Shown here: in pieces, positions 33,580-46,961 of the stretch | Layout of the letters: each line of letters begins with the position of its first letter | Position numbering within the stretch: the first letter of the stretch is position 1 | From: Microthyrium microscopicum | Lineage: Eukaryota | Assembly: GCA_010405405.1 (NCBI GenBank) | Contig: MU004240.1 | Span: 1,022,882-1,086,881 of the forward strand | DNA length: 64,000 bases | Direction: 5' to 3' | Position numbers and translations under genes: made by a program | The notes under the pieces: generated by a model | What the model saw: the letters and a program-made list of their open reading frames with translations, nothing else | What the model was told of the DNA's origin: nothing | Databases searched by the model: none

Positions 33580-36500
33580 TCATGGTCCGAAGAGCTGGTC
33601 TCGTCTAACCTCTTCATGATTCTGATTCGTCGCCTGCCCCTCTGAAGGGGCTGAGTTCTGCACGTTTCGTAAGCTCGAGGCTTGTGAAGTACTACGCAGA
33701 TGGCCCATTATGCCTAGGCTTTTTGGGGGGCTGCTGGCATTTTCAGGTGTGTCAGCAAGAGCTTCATCGGAGCCTGGCTTGCGAATGCCAAGTGCTGGCG
33801 CTAGTTGCCCACTCTTTTTGCTGTTTACGCTGCTACGTCGCGAGTCCAGACTCTTGCTGAGTTGTCGAGATACCTCATCCGCCTCACCAGGCTTCTTTTT
33901 GAGCATACGGATGCTGCCTTGAGCATCAACATTCGCTGCTGACACCGTGGCTTTTCCTAGCCCTGGCGTTGATGGAGCACCAGCCTTTTCCTCTTGAGCG
34001 TCAAGCATGTACCAACGAAGCCCATCACTGAGATCGAAAGGATTGTCATCATCAATGGAAGCACCACCCTCGCTTGTCTCGCCGATTGATCTTCCGTCAG
34101 CTGCCCTGGTAGATCCAACAGTCTTTGATAGATCTACGATTCGCTCTTCGACCTTGGTGATGCGAGCAACAAGCCAATCCTTATTTGCAAGACGATGGCC
34201 ATCCTGTTCACGGAGGAAGTAGTGCGGAGCGCCCACATTGAATGCAGCCCAGGGACGGGTGATTTGATTGCGTGTTGGGAGAAACAGCGCCAGGTCACCC
34301 TCTTTGAAGCCTCGATATGCAATTTTTTCATGAGAGTCGGATTGATACTTCCTAGATTTGTCCCGGTAAGCGCGAGCTTCTCGTTGCCATTTCCGAGCTG
34401 TGTGTTCTATATCACGCATACGTTTGGCAATAGCTTCGCAGAAAGTGTCAAGGTTAAATTGGTCGATTTTCCCAACAAACTCGGTGAATTTGGACTCTTC
34501 TTCCTTCGGTGACTCCTTCTCCATCCACAGTAAAGAGCTCAGGTCTGAGAGGTCGGCTAAAAGCTTTTTCGCCGGGGTAGATGCGGATTGTTGAACATGG
34601 AGCAATGTCGACTGCTCACCCAAAACACTGCTGTTACTGATCTTTGATGCGCGCTGGATCGTCATCGAGTCCTTCTCATAAATCACTGCAAAGCCGAGGG
34701 TCTCCAGTAGGCCAAATAGTCGGTCATTTTGCTTGTAGAGGCGATGTGTGATCTCTTTGGCACGCTGGGCTCGCTCGTCCAACCGAGTAGTTGCGGTCCG
34801 CGAAGATGCTTCCAAAGCTCGATGTCGAGATTGAAGGGATATCAACCCGACGTCTAAGCTGTTAATGTGAGACTTGGCTTCTGCAAGTTTAGAGCCTAGG
34901 TCAGTGACTTTGGCTTCCTCCTCTGCGAGGCGTTGACGAAGCGACTCTGATCCTGTCTCTCCATCTGTGAATTTTGCTCTCAGGTCCTGCAGATGGGTGC
35001 GCTCTTCTTCCAGCTGGGCCTCAATGGACGCAGCCTTCGCTCTCTCGGCCGCGAGATCCTCTTGCGCCTTGGTTATATCACTCTCTCGTGAATCCAACTT
35101 CATTGCAAGGGAAGAGACCTCTGCTTTTTGCGAATCGAGGGAGCTTTGAATGCTATCATTCTCAGATCGCGCTAAAGCCACTGCTTGCGTTAATTCTTTA
35201 GCTTGTTCAGCAGACTGATGGGCAGTCTCCTCCAATTCTCGCATAAGTTTTGTAAAATCGAGAGGGGCATCTACATTCGGCGACAAAGCACTGAGAATGT
35301 TGGTAAGATATTCCTTGACTTCGTTATCTCGACGGTCAGTGTCAGAGCGTTGGTCTTTGAGCTTGTCTTCGAGTGAGCGAACGCGAGCTGTTGAATCTCT
35401 TCTAGCTTGATCTAGCTCTGCCATAACCTCGTCGATACGACGTTCTGAGCCATTACGTTCATTGTCTCGACTTCCAAGAAGTCGATCCATCTCGTCATCA
35501 GCTTCTTCAACCTTGAGCTTTAGCTTCTCGATCTCGTCCTCCAAAGCTTTTCGCTCATCGCCAAATTCTTTCTGTTTTGATTCCATATTCTCCATGATAT
35601 CTTTCTTGGTAGATGTAGCTTCCTCAAGCTGAGTCCAAATAGTTTGTATTTCAATATCCTTGTCCTGTAAATCTTTCTCCAATGCAGTCCTGGCTAATTT
35701 TTGTTCGGCCAGTTGGGCTTCGAGTTGTACCACACGCCTTGCTGACACCTTGTCTTCTGATGGTTGATTTGAAAAGCGGCGTGATGCCATAGAGGGTCTT
35801 CGAGAGCCAGCCTCCGGAGGTCTTGGAGATGCTGATGCTGTCCGATCCGGGAACTCTGGAACTGGACCAGCTTCTTGATAAAGGCCATTTTGCGATGGGG
35901 AGACACTCGTGACTGACATGCGACTCAGTTGGCTTTGACGATGTAAGAGATCTTCCAGCTTGCGTACCCGGCTCTTGCTGCTCTTGAGCTCTTCTTCTAG
36001 TTTGGTAGCTACCTCTTTCAGCACTCGAGCCTCATCTTCACCTCGTAATAATAAGGAGCCTTTGCCAAAACCAGCCTCGTGAATGCTGCCATTCTTGAAG
36101 GCCTTTGCCCGTTTGACTTGCTGCCGGGTTGGTTTGTCAAGTTCTCGAATCATCTCATTAATAAATTCTATTGCTTCCGAAAGTCCTGGTAAAGCCTGTA
36201 GTGACCGGAGGTATTCTTCCAGATCCTTTCGACTCGCTGGTGGCCAGGCACTTTCTTCTCCGTGTAAATTAATCTCCAGTCCTAATACGGCCCCATCCAT
36301 GTGCTCTGGTACAATGTCCTTCATGCTCTTCAGCCACTTCTTACGTCGCCTATGCTCTTCTTCTTGGTATCCAGCAACCTCCTCCGCGAGATTGGATGAA
36401 TCTCTGCGCATTTTGTCGACCCACTCATGTCTTCGAATGGCTTCAATAAGAAGGGATCCATATATAGTTGGAATGTCGGACACAATGGTTATTCGGTCCA

Positions 36501-37734
36501 CTATTGTCCAGTCTTGGTCTGACATGCGCAAAGAATTTACGGCGTCTTTCAGAGTACCTTGCTGGGACTCTACACTGGCGACCATTTGAAGAATATCTGC
36601 TGCTCGTACAACCTGGGCATTCTTCTGCTCCACTGTTTGCCGAAGCAATTCGCCCATCTCCTTGGCACATTCCAGGAGATTTGGAAGCAAATTTTTGGTG
36701 TGTAGAAGCGCAACCCGCGAAGCCTGAGAAGTTGATTTTGGCTCATTGCGCAAACCCAAGATGGTCTCACAGTCGGAGGAGATCTTTTTTGCGATAGCCT
36801 CAATCTCATCGACAAGCTTTTGCGGTTCATGCTGGGCGTCAATCATAGAGCGACTTCGAGCAACATCCAGTCCACGTTTCAGCTCTTCCAGCTGCGCGTT
36901 GAGGTTTTTAAGAGACGTCTCGAAGTCATGGATCTGTGTTCCGAATCTTGAAAATATCTCCTTACTCTCTGCAACTGCAACCTCTGCAGCTTTATGGTCA
37001 ACAAACGCTGCTAGCGTAGTTGTGCCTCCCACGGACTTTCGCTTAGTCCCTTTCCCGGGACCTTGAACAAAGAATTTTTGGAAGGTTTCCAGGGCAGGTA
37101 CGCTATTCAGTTTGTCTAGGTTGACGTCGATCACGTTTGCTTTGGCAGTTGTGTCTCGCGATGTTTCTAATAGTCCATTCTGAAAGTCGCTCAGCTTCTT
37201 CTCGATAGATTTGATGGGCCCTTCGATGCTTGTAGTAGCAAGCCGTATACCATGTTCGACCACGATACGCTGTGACAGCAGACCCTCGGCATCTTGTTGT
37301 AGTGCTTTGCATCGCGCGAGCAGGTCATTCGCCCATTCTCGACGTTCTTTAAACAAGATCTGCCATGCCTTTAAGCTCTTGGAATCTAGGAGAGTATCGG
37401 GAAATGGCTCAGGATTGAAGGGGGTAGGTAATGGAGTCAAGTTGACATTGTCTAACGCGGTGCCTGTGGGAGAAAATAGAACGCGATCAAAGAGAAATAT
37501 CTCATTCTAAGCTCCAGTTAATAAGAGTGCGACCAGCCAGCATGATATACTCGCCTCGGTCAGGAAGTTCTGCAGCCGGAGAGGCTTTCCCTTGTTGGTC
37601 AGCAATATCTGGTCCTCGGCAGGAATATTGAAAGCTCGCTCAATCCAAGCGCGCAAGTCGTCGAGAGAGGTAGGCGCGGGCTGAGGAACTTGGAGAGAAT
37701 CCCCTGACGGGATGGCATAAATCTGGATCGACAT
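33580..37734 (-). CDS. ATG11: Autophagy-related protein 11 (~1368 aa; alternative last exon extends to 33330)
   Basis: Ubiquitin-like N-terminus (QILLT..GK), YGSLLIEAIRRHEW, long coiled coil, claw domain KIAYRGFKEGDLALFLPTRN..WAAFNVGAPHYFL..DDDNPFDLSDGLRWY. Intron 37554-37507. Confidence 0.96.
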
Positions 37735-39057
37735 GCAGACGGGACCAAAGCATTTCTCCCATCAGCACTTGGTCTGGGTTGGAAAATGGGGGGCAGTTGG
37801 GTAGGTAGTAGGTGGAGTAGTTGAGACGTGGGCAGTTGGATTACTAGATGAAGTGGAGAAGAAGCTTTGAGGTTTATCTTGGTACTCTAGTCTCTAGGGA
37901 TCTAGCATGGATCGTGCTTGATGCAGTTCCCTTGGAAGGTGAGGTCGACGTTCAACTGTGGCGCTGACAAAGCAAAGCCACCTGCCAGCAGCTGGAGGCC
38001 TCCAACATCAACTTCTATCCCTTTGACAACTAAGACATCTCCAACATCATCTGAGCCGTCCACCTGAAGTCTGTCTCACACAGCCTTGCCTATTCGTCAA
38101 TGTATCCTCCCTCAAGCAAACAAGGTTGCTAGTGTAACTCAACGAATATGTTGGCTGACTGGAGCAAATACCGCGAAGACACCGAGTGAATCATCAGGCC
38201 CTTCACGACTGAACACCAACATCAAAGACGCCTGACTGAACCAGTGATACCTTGGAGCGTTGGACTGGCATGATCGAGGTAGCTTGCTACGTTCCATAGC
38301 TCGAGTCTTGAACTTGTTTGCTTCATGTCAGGCTAAAATCTTGCCTGACAATTTCGAGTCCAGTGTAAACACGCAGGATCAACGCTATAAGACATGTGAC
38401 TACAACGGATTGTTATTCAAAAAGTCCCCACGGGAACTTGTTAAACAGCCTCAGACCACATATATTCAAAAGCAGGGATCTGTCCATCATCAAAGGGATC
38501 GAGTGACGTCCGAACCACCTCGCCCTACTCTACTTTTTGGACAACTGTGGTTTACTTCAGCCACTTGCCCTTTCCTAGCCCATGATTGCTTCATATCCTG
38601 AAGTCCCTTCTCTGTCAAACTCGCCAGCCAAGATGATATCGGAGATGAGATAGCTAAACTCAATCTTGGCAGAGTACGGATAGGCAGATCAGCAAATGAC
38701 GAGTAGCACATGATCTCTGGGTTACAAAAGATTGCCATCCTACCTTGTAATGAAAGTTTATCATCTGGTACTCAGCCCTATAGACGATCTCAAAATCTAA
38801 ATCATTTCGGACCGAGTTTGCTGAATGCTAATCCAACTTGCCAATATCACTTTGCAACGCTGGCGCGTTTGCGATCTTTCACTGTCACTAGGAATCAAAT
38901 CCTCGATGTGGTAAAGGCGCATTTTTATTTGGTAATATACATTGATTTCGATTACCAGTCCAGGTAGTATTTCCTCCTATCGTCTTGTACAGTGATCATG
39001 GACAAACTTCGTCCTGTCCACTTTTCATCGTTGGCGCCTGGAGAGAGCTTTATGCAT

Positions 39058-39285
39058 CTAGAACCAGTTGCGGTTGCGGTATTGGTCGCAGTAAGATGGG
39101 CGCTGGGAGCGTGGGATGTCGCGGCACATGTTTTCACGATCCCTCTCGCATTGTTGGTATCGTGCCTCACGGTCTCGTGGGATGCTCTGGCATGGATCCT
39201 GAGGAGCAGCAGCCTCAGCTGGAGCAGCGAAGGCGGTGGCGCTGAGGCCAATGGCGGCAATGATGAAGGTTTGGAGGAAATGCAT
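39058..39285 (-). CDS. Small secreted cysteine-containing protein (75 aa, effector/antimicrobial candidate)
   Basis: Signal peptide MHFLQTFIIAAIGLSATAFA, 4 Cys, intronless; TATATAAA at 39408-39401. Confidence 0.8.
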   Translation of the reverse strand: MHFLQTFIIAAIGLSATAFAAPAEAAAPQDPCQSIPRDREARYQQCERDRENMCRDIPRSQRPSYCDQYRNRNWF

Positions 39286-41416
39286 TGTCAATGCTTGGTG
39301 GTGTTTTGTAAAAGAGAGTAGTTGGGTTTGATTGTAGAACTGTGAAGTGAATGACTGAGCTGGTTGATGGTTCCTGTTTTAGACGGCATCGGCAAGAGTC
39401 TTTATATACCCAGCCGTTGCCACCATGATAGCTAGTACGATTGTTGCTCAACGGGGATATCTAGAGGACAGTCTGGCCGGGACAGCCGGCCAAGATTCTA
39501 TTTTGGTGAAAAATTTACCATTCACACGATCGCAATATACTACATGCAGAATATTACCACCTTGCCCCTAGTCTCAAACTGTCAAATTGAGAATGATATT
39601 GTTCACACGGGCCGACTCAATGACCTATGATCGTCGGATGGAGATACCATGGAACACACCTTTTGGAAAGACTAACTACAGCAACAGGTATGTTGACATA
39701 TGAATTGCGATTCTCTGTGGCCAGGCACACTGGAGCCCTACCTAACAGCTCGGTCAGTAGACAATAACCTTGAAGCAAATTACGACACGAGCTACGGGTA
39801 GTAACACCTAGTGACGGTCGTCGAAACATGCTGTAGCTCTAGCAGATCATAACTTTATTCCTTTTTCAGCCTCATCAAGAGCTCTTGAGAGTCTTAAGTC
39901 AAAGAAATGGAGGCCAGTAACCGTTGGAAGGTTTCTTTCTTTCCAGGCGAGAATTACAAATGTCCAAATATCTCTGTCAACATTCGATCTGTTCCAAAAT
40001 CAACAACATCTTAAGTCTGGACGATGACTACTTTGTGGTTTCCCGTCAGATGTGTCCAATATGCTCCAATATCGTCGTTGAATTTCCATTTTTGGCCCCT
40101 CGAAAAGAAGCTTTTCCTTGTTATAGGTCACTATCCAATATCCAATATAATTTGGCGTCTATTTCTCCAGAATGGCTCCCCTGCTGTCAATTCAAGTACC
40201 CGCACAAGTGTATTTATCACCCTTTGTGAATGATATACAACCACACAGGGCAGCCAGAGTTCCCAGTGTCCAGCTTTCAAAAAGCGAGCCGCTGTCAAAT
40301 GTGACGCATTGATGCCGTTTATAACCTGTTAATTTGTGATGTAACCGCCAGATTAGATTAAAATACCGAGAGTCAATATACCATTCAGAGGCAAAAAAGG
40401 CTTGCCCTGTTGGTACGGCCAAGCACTTTGAATTAACAAATGTCTTGACTTTTGACTTTGGTTCCTATCAGTTCCTAAACAAGCGATTTGCTCGACCCCA
40501 AATCGGGGCCATATGTATAGAGCAATATCTTCATATCATGTTCGATCGTCAATTTCTTGCCAAGCTGTAATTGTCACATATACCACATCTTTTGCAGCTG
40601 AAACTGTCCTGGCCCCAAACATAATCGGACAAGTTCTCGCAAGACAAGGATGGATACAATTGAGCGTTCTGATCGCCAATCTGGGCCTTTGTCTTCAACA
40701 CCGGCCATAAGATAGCCTCTTTGGTAGCTTTCAAGCCCCAGCAATCAAGTGATACGCTACTTCGACACACAGAATCAATTCAGCGCTGACCCAAGTTTTC
40801 TGCGTGATTAGAAAGGGGGAAATGATACTCTACTGTGACCTTTAAACAGGTAAATTGAGCGTTATTTGGTGATATTTTTGGATACTTGAAGATTACTCTA
40901 GAGTATTGCTTTACCCATATCCAGGTACGAGTGAAGCTTAATCTGCTCAGCTGTGGAGAGATATAGTACTTCATATGGCCTATATACTGACATGTAGCCA
41001 AATATAGAACAATTTGGCCAATTTTCAACAATTCGGGGTCCGGCAAGCCGCTATGATTTGACCGTGCGAGTTATTGACAAAAACGTCGTTCTAGAAAAGT
41101 TCGATAATATCAAGAAATCTAAAGATATGCCATCTCGTCCGTTTCAACGGTTCACGTCCTGGGTCACCGTACAACAAACCAATATATCGTAGCCACAAAA
41201 ATAGCTTTTTGACATGGAAAAAGGCCGGAGCGCCTGATATTGGAAACTCTCGCATAACCTCTAAGTTTACTTTTACAATGTTATGATCACACAATGATGT
41301 CTCAAATCTATGTTTCGTCAAATCTATGTTCCACTTCCCGAGACTCCCGTGCTCAAAAACGCTGCTCGCTCTGAAATGAAAATATCGCTATCGTAGAAAC
41401 GATGATTAAAAAGTCA

Positions 41417-42981
41417 TCAATGCGTTGTGGAAGACATCCCTGGACCAACTTGAAAGATACTGTTTCGCTCTCCTTCATCCCCTCTAGGAATACCACCGCG
41501 TTGAATCTCCTGATTAGGGTAGTAGAACGCGCTGATTGCAATGATCAGGTATACGAAGATGCATAGCAAGCCTTCCAGGTAGTTGCTCTTTCCGTCACGC
41601 ATTAGGTTGCCAACGACAATGATTGCGAGTATTAAGACTGCTGCGTCGAAGATCTCAAAGTTTAGGTCCATCGGAACTCCAATGCCCCATCCGATTAGGA
41701 CAATCAAAGGTGTGTTGAGCAAGGCAGTCTGAACTGAGGATCCGAGGACATGGGAAAGCGCAAAGTTAATGTGTCCATCCCAGGCCTCGTCGACGGCTGT
41801 GATGTGCTCGGCTGCTTTTTCCACCAACGGTACCAGAATCAGACCGAGGAAACTAATCTTCAAGTCAGCGACTGGATACACGGGATATCCCTCTTCGTTG
41901 ACGAATCACTTACGCATCTTTGATATGCCTCTCTTCAACAATAAAGTCAATACCATCTACTAGGAATATGGCCATGAATGTCACACAGATGATGCCCATA
42001 ACGACGGCCACAAGTGCTTCGCTAGCAGTCAATCGTCCCTTCTTTCGGTCTTTGTGCTCCACTTCATCTTTGTGCGATTCGAAAATATCGTTGTACATGC
42101 TATGATGCGAATGCATTTGAAACCAGACGTAGACGAGGTATGCGGCGAGTAGAATGACCGAAGTTCCTCTACTGATTTTGAGTACTTTGTTAACGACATT
42201 ATCAGTAGTGGATTTAGCGCTGCTGAATATTGCTGGCAAGACGAGTCCCACTGTACACAGTCAGTGTTACTAACAGATTGAACTGATATTGAGTCGAGAA
42301 TCTTACTTCCAGCAACCAACATCAGGCCATTGGCAACTTCACTGATAGCCTGGTGGAACTCCTGTTCTTCTCTTCTTATACCGCCTGCAAAGAAACATAG
42401 TCCTAAGCAGAGCAGTAAATTGGCCAGAATGCTTCCCAAGATAGCCGCTTTGATGACAGGGACATTCTTACTACCTCTGCGAACCAAAACGATGAGCAGA
42501 ATGAGCTCAACCAGTGATCCTAAAGTCGTTTCCAGCATAACTCCTATCACTCGTGGTAATTTGTTGGCCAATTCTCCTCCTGCGAAGCCTAGTAGATTTG
42601 CGGACGGAACCATGGCGATATATGGGAGTATAAAGTTGAGTAAATGATAATCCGGCTTTGCAAAGTGTAGTGCAAAAGCAAACGGCACGACGGGCCAAAG
42701 CACGTTAACTGCCTGTTCCTCATATCAGTTTTGCCTTCGCCATCGGCGTTTCTTGAACTTACCTTTGATAGCGTACATGAGCTTCTAAAGCATATAAGCA
42801 CAAACTTCAACGGATGAAAACCTCGCCGTCCACTCTCGCCCGCCGGATGAATATGCCACCCCCGTTTCTTTTCTTCATTATGAGTCGGCAAATCTCTCGC
42901 GCCATCATCTCTCTTCTCTCTCGACTCCAGCGACAACTGTGGCGAGTGAAAGGACGTAAGCGTATGCTGTGGATGCTCCAT
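41417..42981 (-). CDS. Vacuolar Ca2+/H+ antiporter (CAX/VCX1 family)
   Basis: GESGRRGFHP, AAILGSILANLLL, GLILVPLVEKAAEHITA, GSSVQTALL, DGKSNYLEG; three introns. Confidence 0.93.
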
Positions 42982-43974
42982 ATTGTGGCGCCGAAAAGGA
43001 GAGACGTCAAGTCCGGCCAGTGCTGAGCTTGGTCGCTGCTACGCGATAGCTGGAGCCGTGGGTCGGAATGGCAAATGGTACGGTGAAGGTGGTAGTGGCT
43101 TTTCGTCCATTATTTCTTTCTTGGTGCGACAGGTTTTTGTTCTATATTTGTTAATGTTTGGGGGGAGTGATGCGGAGGGCTCTGTGCTTGTGTTTCGGAT
43201 TCAAGCGTTCCTGTAAACAACGGTAATATATTTGGGAATCGAGCGATAAGGTACGCGGCTTTTAGGAGGAGGGCTTGAACGAATAAGCTGGTAGCAAAGT
43301 ACTGATAGGATGTGAAGTGATTTATGTTGTGGTTGAATTATGGGTGGGTGATGATCAAGCATTGGACATCTTTGACAGCCTTGGAAAAGCTTGTCTGTAG
43401 AAGAGCTGTTTTTTCAGTGGAAAGAACAACGGCTCCAAGTTCTTGATGTTTCGTTACGCAGGGCAAGCTTTGATGTTCAGGCAGGCGAGATAAGAATGCT
43501 GCTCTTGCTGGTGCGCATATGGGATCCTTCCTACCTCGAGTAAAGGCGGGCTTCCATACAGAGCCATTGCACAAGAATTCTTCTACTTCAGCGGATTAGG
43601 TATCCTAGTTCTTCTCTCTGAAAATATTAAGTAGCAAGTACCTAGCATATATGAAATGTGCTAGGAGGATGGCGAGATTGCATATCCTGTAGCATGAGAT
43701 GTTTCATTATGGTTGACCCAAAGATTGCACTGTTAAAGCCGCAAAAGTCAGCTCATTATCCTGTATCTCGTTATCAATATAAACAGACTCAGCTTTCGCT
43801 AGAGAAGAAAGGAAACAATTATGGTGTTCATGTTGAATTGTAGATCTAGTTTACCTACTTGCGCTGTAGTTGATCAATGAATTATATGCGCCGTGAAAAC
43901 AAGCTCCGTGAAATTTCCGCTAATTCCATTGTATGATTTGAGCTGGGACGAAATCTCCAGCCGTTCGAAGACGA

Positions 43975-46961
43975 TTAGAACATGCCATCGATCTCACCTG
44001 TAGCCGTGTCAACCTCAATGTTTAGGTATCCAGGGGCAGTTGGCAATCCAGGAATAGTCTGGATATCTGCCGCCAAAGCGTAGAGATAGCCAGCACCAGC
44101 GGCCATGCGAACGTCGCGAATTGGGACGACAAAGCCTGTTGGAGCTCCCTTGAGCGCAGGATCGTGACTAATGGAATATTGGGTTTTGGCGATACAGATT
44201 GGTAGGTTGCCGAATCCTTGCTTGACAAATGTCTCCACCTTCTTTTGTGCTAGATCTGAAAACTCGACTTTGTCGGCTCCGTAGAAGTTCTTGGCAATGG
44301 CTTCCATGCGTTCCAGCACCGTGCCATTAAGGTCATATAGAAGCTTAAAGTCCGGCTTGGGAATCTCACAAGCATCGAGCACTCCTTTTGCAAGATCAAC
44401 AGCTCCAGCACCGCCTTGAGCAAAGTGATTAGCGGGGATGGCATCGACGGCACCAGCCTTCATAGCTTCCTCGCGAACAACCTCAATCTCCGCATCAGTA
44501 TCAGTATGGAAGCGGTTGATTGCGACCACAACTGGAACTCCAAAGCTCTTGGCATTAGCGATGTGCTTAGCCATATTGACACATCCGGCTCGTAGAATTT
44601 CGACATTCTCAGTACGATATACTTCTGGCAATTGAGCGCCGGGTGTAATGTTAGGGCCGCCACCGTGGACTTTAAGAGCTCGGACTGTAGCAACCACCAC
44701 AACGCAGTCTGGTACAAGCCCAGATGCACGACACTTGATGTTGAAGAAACGCTCACCTCCCATGGTAAAGTCGAAACCGGCCTCAGTTATGACCACGCCC
44801 GACTTCTCTTTGGGATCTTCATCAGGTTCTGTCCCTGCGAGCTTGAGTGCTAGCTTGTCAGCCAGGATACTACTGTTGCCAATGGAGATGTTGGCGAAAG
44901 GACCAGCATGAACAAATACTGGCGTGCCTTCAAGCGTTTGCATCAAGTTGGGCTTGATGGCATCCTTCATGAGTGCTGTGAGCGCTCCACCACAGCCAAG
45001 GTCGTCACAAGTAATAGGATCTCCAGCTTTGGAAGATGCAAGAACCATTCTACCAAGTCGCTCACGCATATCATCCAGCGAGTTACTTAGCGCCAGAACC
45101 GCCATACATTCTGAAGCAACACTAATGTCAAAGCCGGTCTTTCTTGAGAGGCCTTTCTCGGTAGGAGCTTCGCCAACGGTGATACCACGAAGATGTCGAT
45201 CGTTGACATCAAGAACGCGGCGCCAAGTGATAGTCTCTGGATCAACATCCAATCGAGCAAAACGTGCAATCTCATCTGGAGTCAAATCGTCTGGATTTGT
45301 TTTGTCGATTCCAAGTTTCTTCAGCCGACGGAACATGACCTTTACAAATTGGCGCTTACCTCCTTTGACAGGCACTAAGCGTTTGTAGAGCGCCGCATTA
45401 CTCTGGGTAGATTCATGGAACATGCGTGTCTCTAGAGCTGCAGCTAAAAGGTTGTTTGCGGCAGTGATCGCATGGATATCGCCAGTCAAATGCAGGTTGA
45501 ACTCGTCCATGGGAATGACTTGGCTGTATCCACCTCCAGCAGCACCGCCTTTGATACCAAAGGTTGGCCCTTGGGACGGTTGACGGACGTCTGCAAAGCA
45601 TATGCGGCCCAAATGAGCTGCGATCGCCTGACTGAGACCAACGGTAGTAGTGGACTTTCCTTCTCCTAAGGGTGTCGGCGTGATGCCTGTTACCACAACG
45701 TATTTGCCGTTACGACGATGCGCCAAACGGTCTAGCAGGCTAAGATCAACCTTCGCTTTGAATGCGCCATACGGCTCAAGTTCATGTGGCATAATTCCAA
45801 CTTCCTTGGCGATCTCAGTGATTGGCTTTGGACATTGCTTTCGAGAAATAACATGGTCAGAAGGAATTGGTGATTCCAACTTGAGCGGTAGAGGCTCAAT
45901 TCTCCGAGACTTTTCTCGAGCAAAGAAAGCATCTGCTGAAGCGACTACATTGGAGAGGAGCATAGCCACGGTCATCGGACCAACACCACCAGGAACGGGA
46001 GTAATGTGAGACGCTACTTGAGAAGCAGACTCAAAATCAACGTCTCCAACAAGTCGTTGTCCAGATTTCTTCGTATCATCTGGGATGTAGTTGATGCCGA
46101 CGTCAATGACTATGGCTCCAGGCTTCAACCATGAGCCTTTGACAAATTGAGGTATACCAACGGCCGAGATGACGATATCTGCGGTCTTCATGATGCTCTC
46201 CAAGCTCTCTTGCGAAGTTGCACGATGGCAGATTGTGACTGTGGCGTCGGCATTTTTCAGAAGGTAACTGACAGGGCTCCCAACTATGTCACTTCGGCCT
46301 AGAACCACAGCATGCTTGCCAGCTAGATTGACGCCAGTTTCTTTGAGTAGAATCATGACACCCTTTGGAGTGCAGGGCGTAAAAAGTGGCTGTCCTCCCT
46401 TCTTGGCTAGTTCTCCAACATTTTCAATGCCAAAGCCGTCAACATCTTTGAAACCTGAGACCGCACTGGTGATAGCATGCTCAGATATGCTGCTAGGAAG
46501 CGGTAATTGGACGATGATTCCATGGACAGAGGGGTCGTTGTTCAGAGACACAATGTGTTGTAATAGTTCACCCTGACTGACCGTTTCTGGATATGAGTCA
46601 AGACGACATGCGATATTGGCCTAAGAGTAATAGATTAGCCAATTGCACCAGAACTGATATGCATTACTCAAATCTTACCTCTTCTGCTGCCTTGCGCTTC
46701 ATGCGAACATATGTACCTGCCGAAGTTAGTTTGAAATTGAAAGTCAGATGTTGTGTGGGGAAATACTTGAATCCGACTTATCACCAACTGAGTAAAATTA
46801 GTAATTGAATCACAATTTACAGACTTAGTGATCTTACCTTGGACAATAACCAAGGACGGTTTATATCGCGGATTGATTTCTTGTTTTTGGCGAATCTCGG
46901 ACGTGATACCATCACGAATCTTCTTCGCAATAGCGGTACCGTCTATCTTTTGCGCAGCCAT
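43975..46961 (-). CDS. ADE3: Trifunctional C1-tetrahydrofolate synthase (in-frame upstream ATG at 47225 adds a presequence)
   Basis: MAAQKIDG.., a 21-nt micro-exon (VGDKSDS), HGIIVQLPLP, KDVDG, PCTPKG, TPVPGGVGPMT, ITPTPLGEGKSTT, VHAGPFANI, PICIAKTQYS. Confidence 0.97.

Noticed and set aside
39840..41340. Short minus-strand ORFs that might be a decayed gene (e.g. IGDQNAQLYP resembling a helicase motif)
   Set aside because: A single weak motif, no continuous frame or splice pattern; not supportable.
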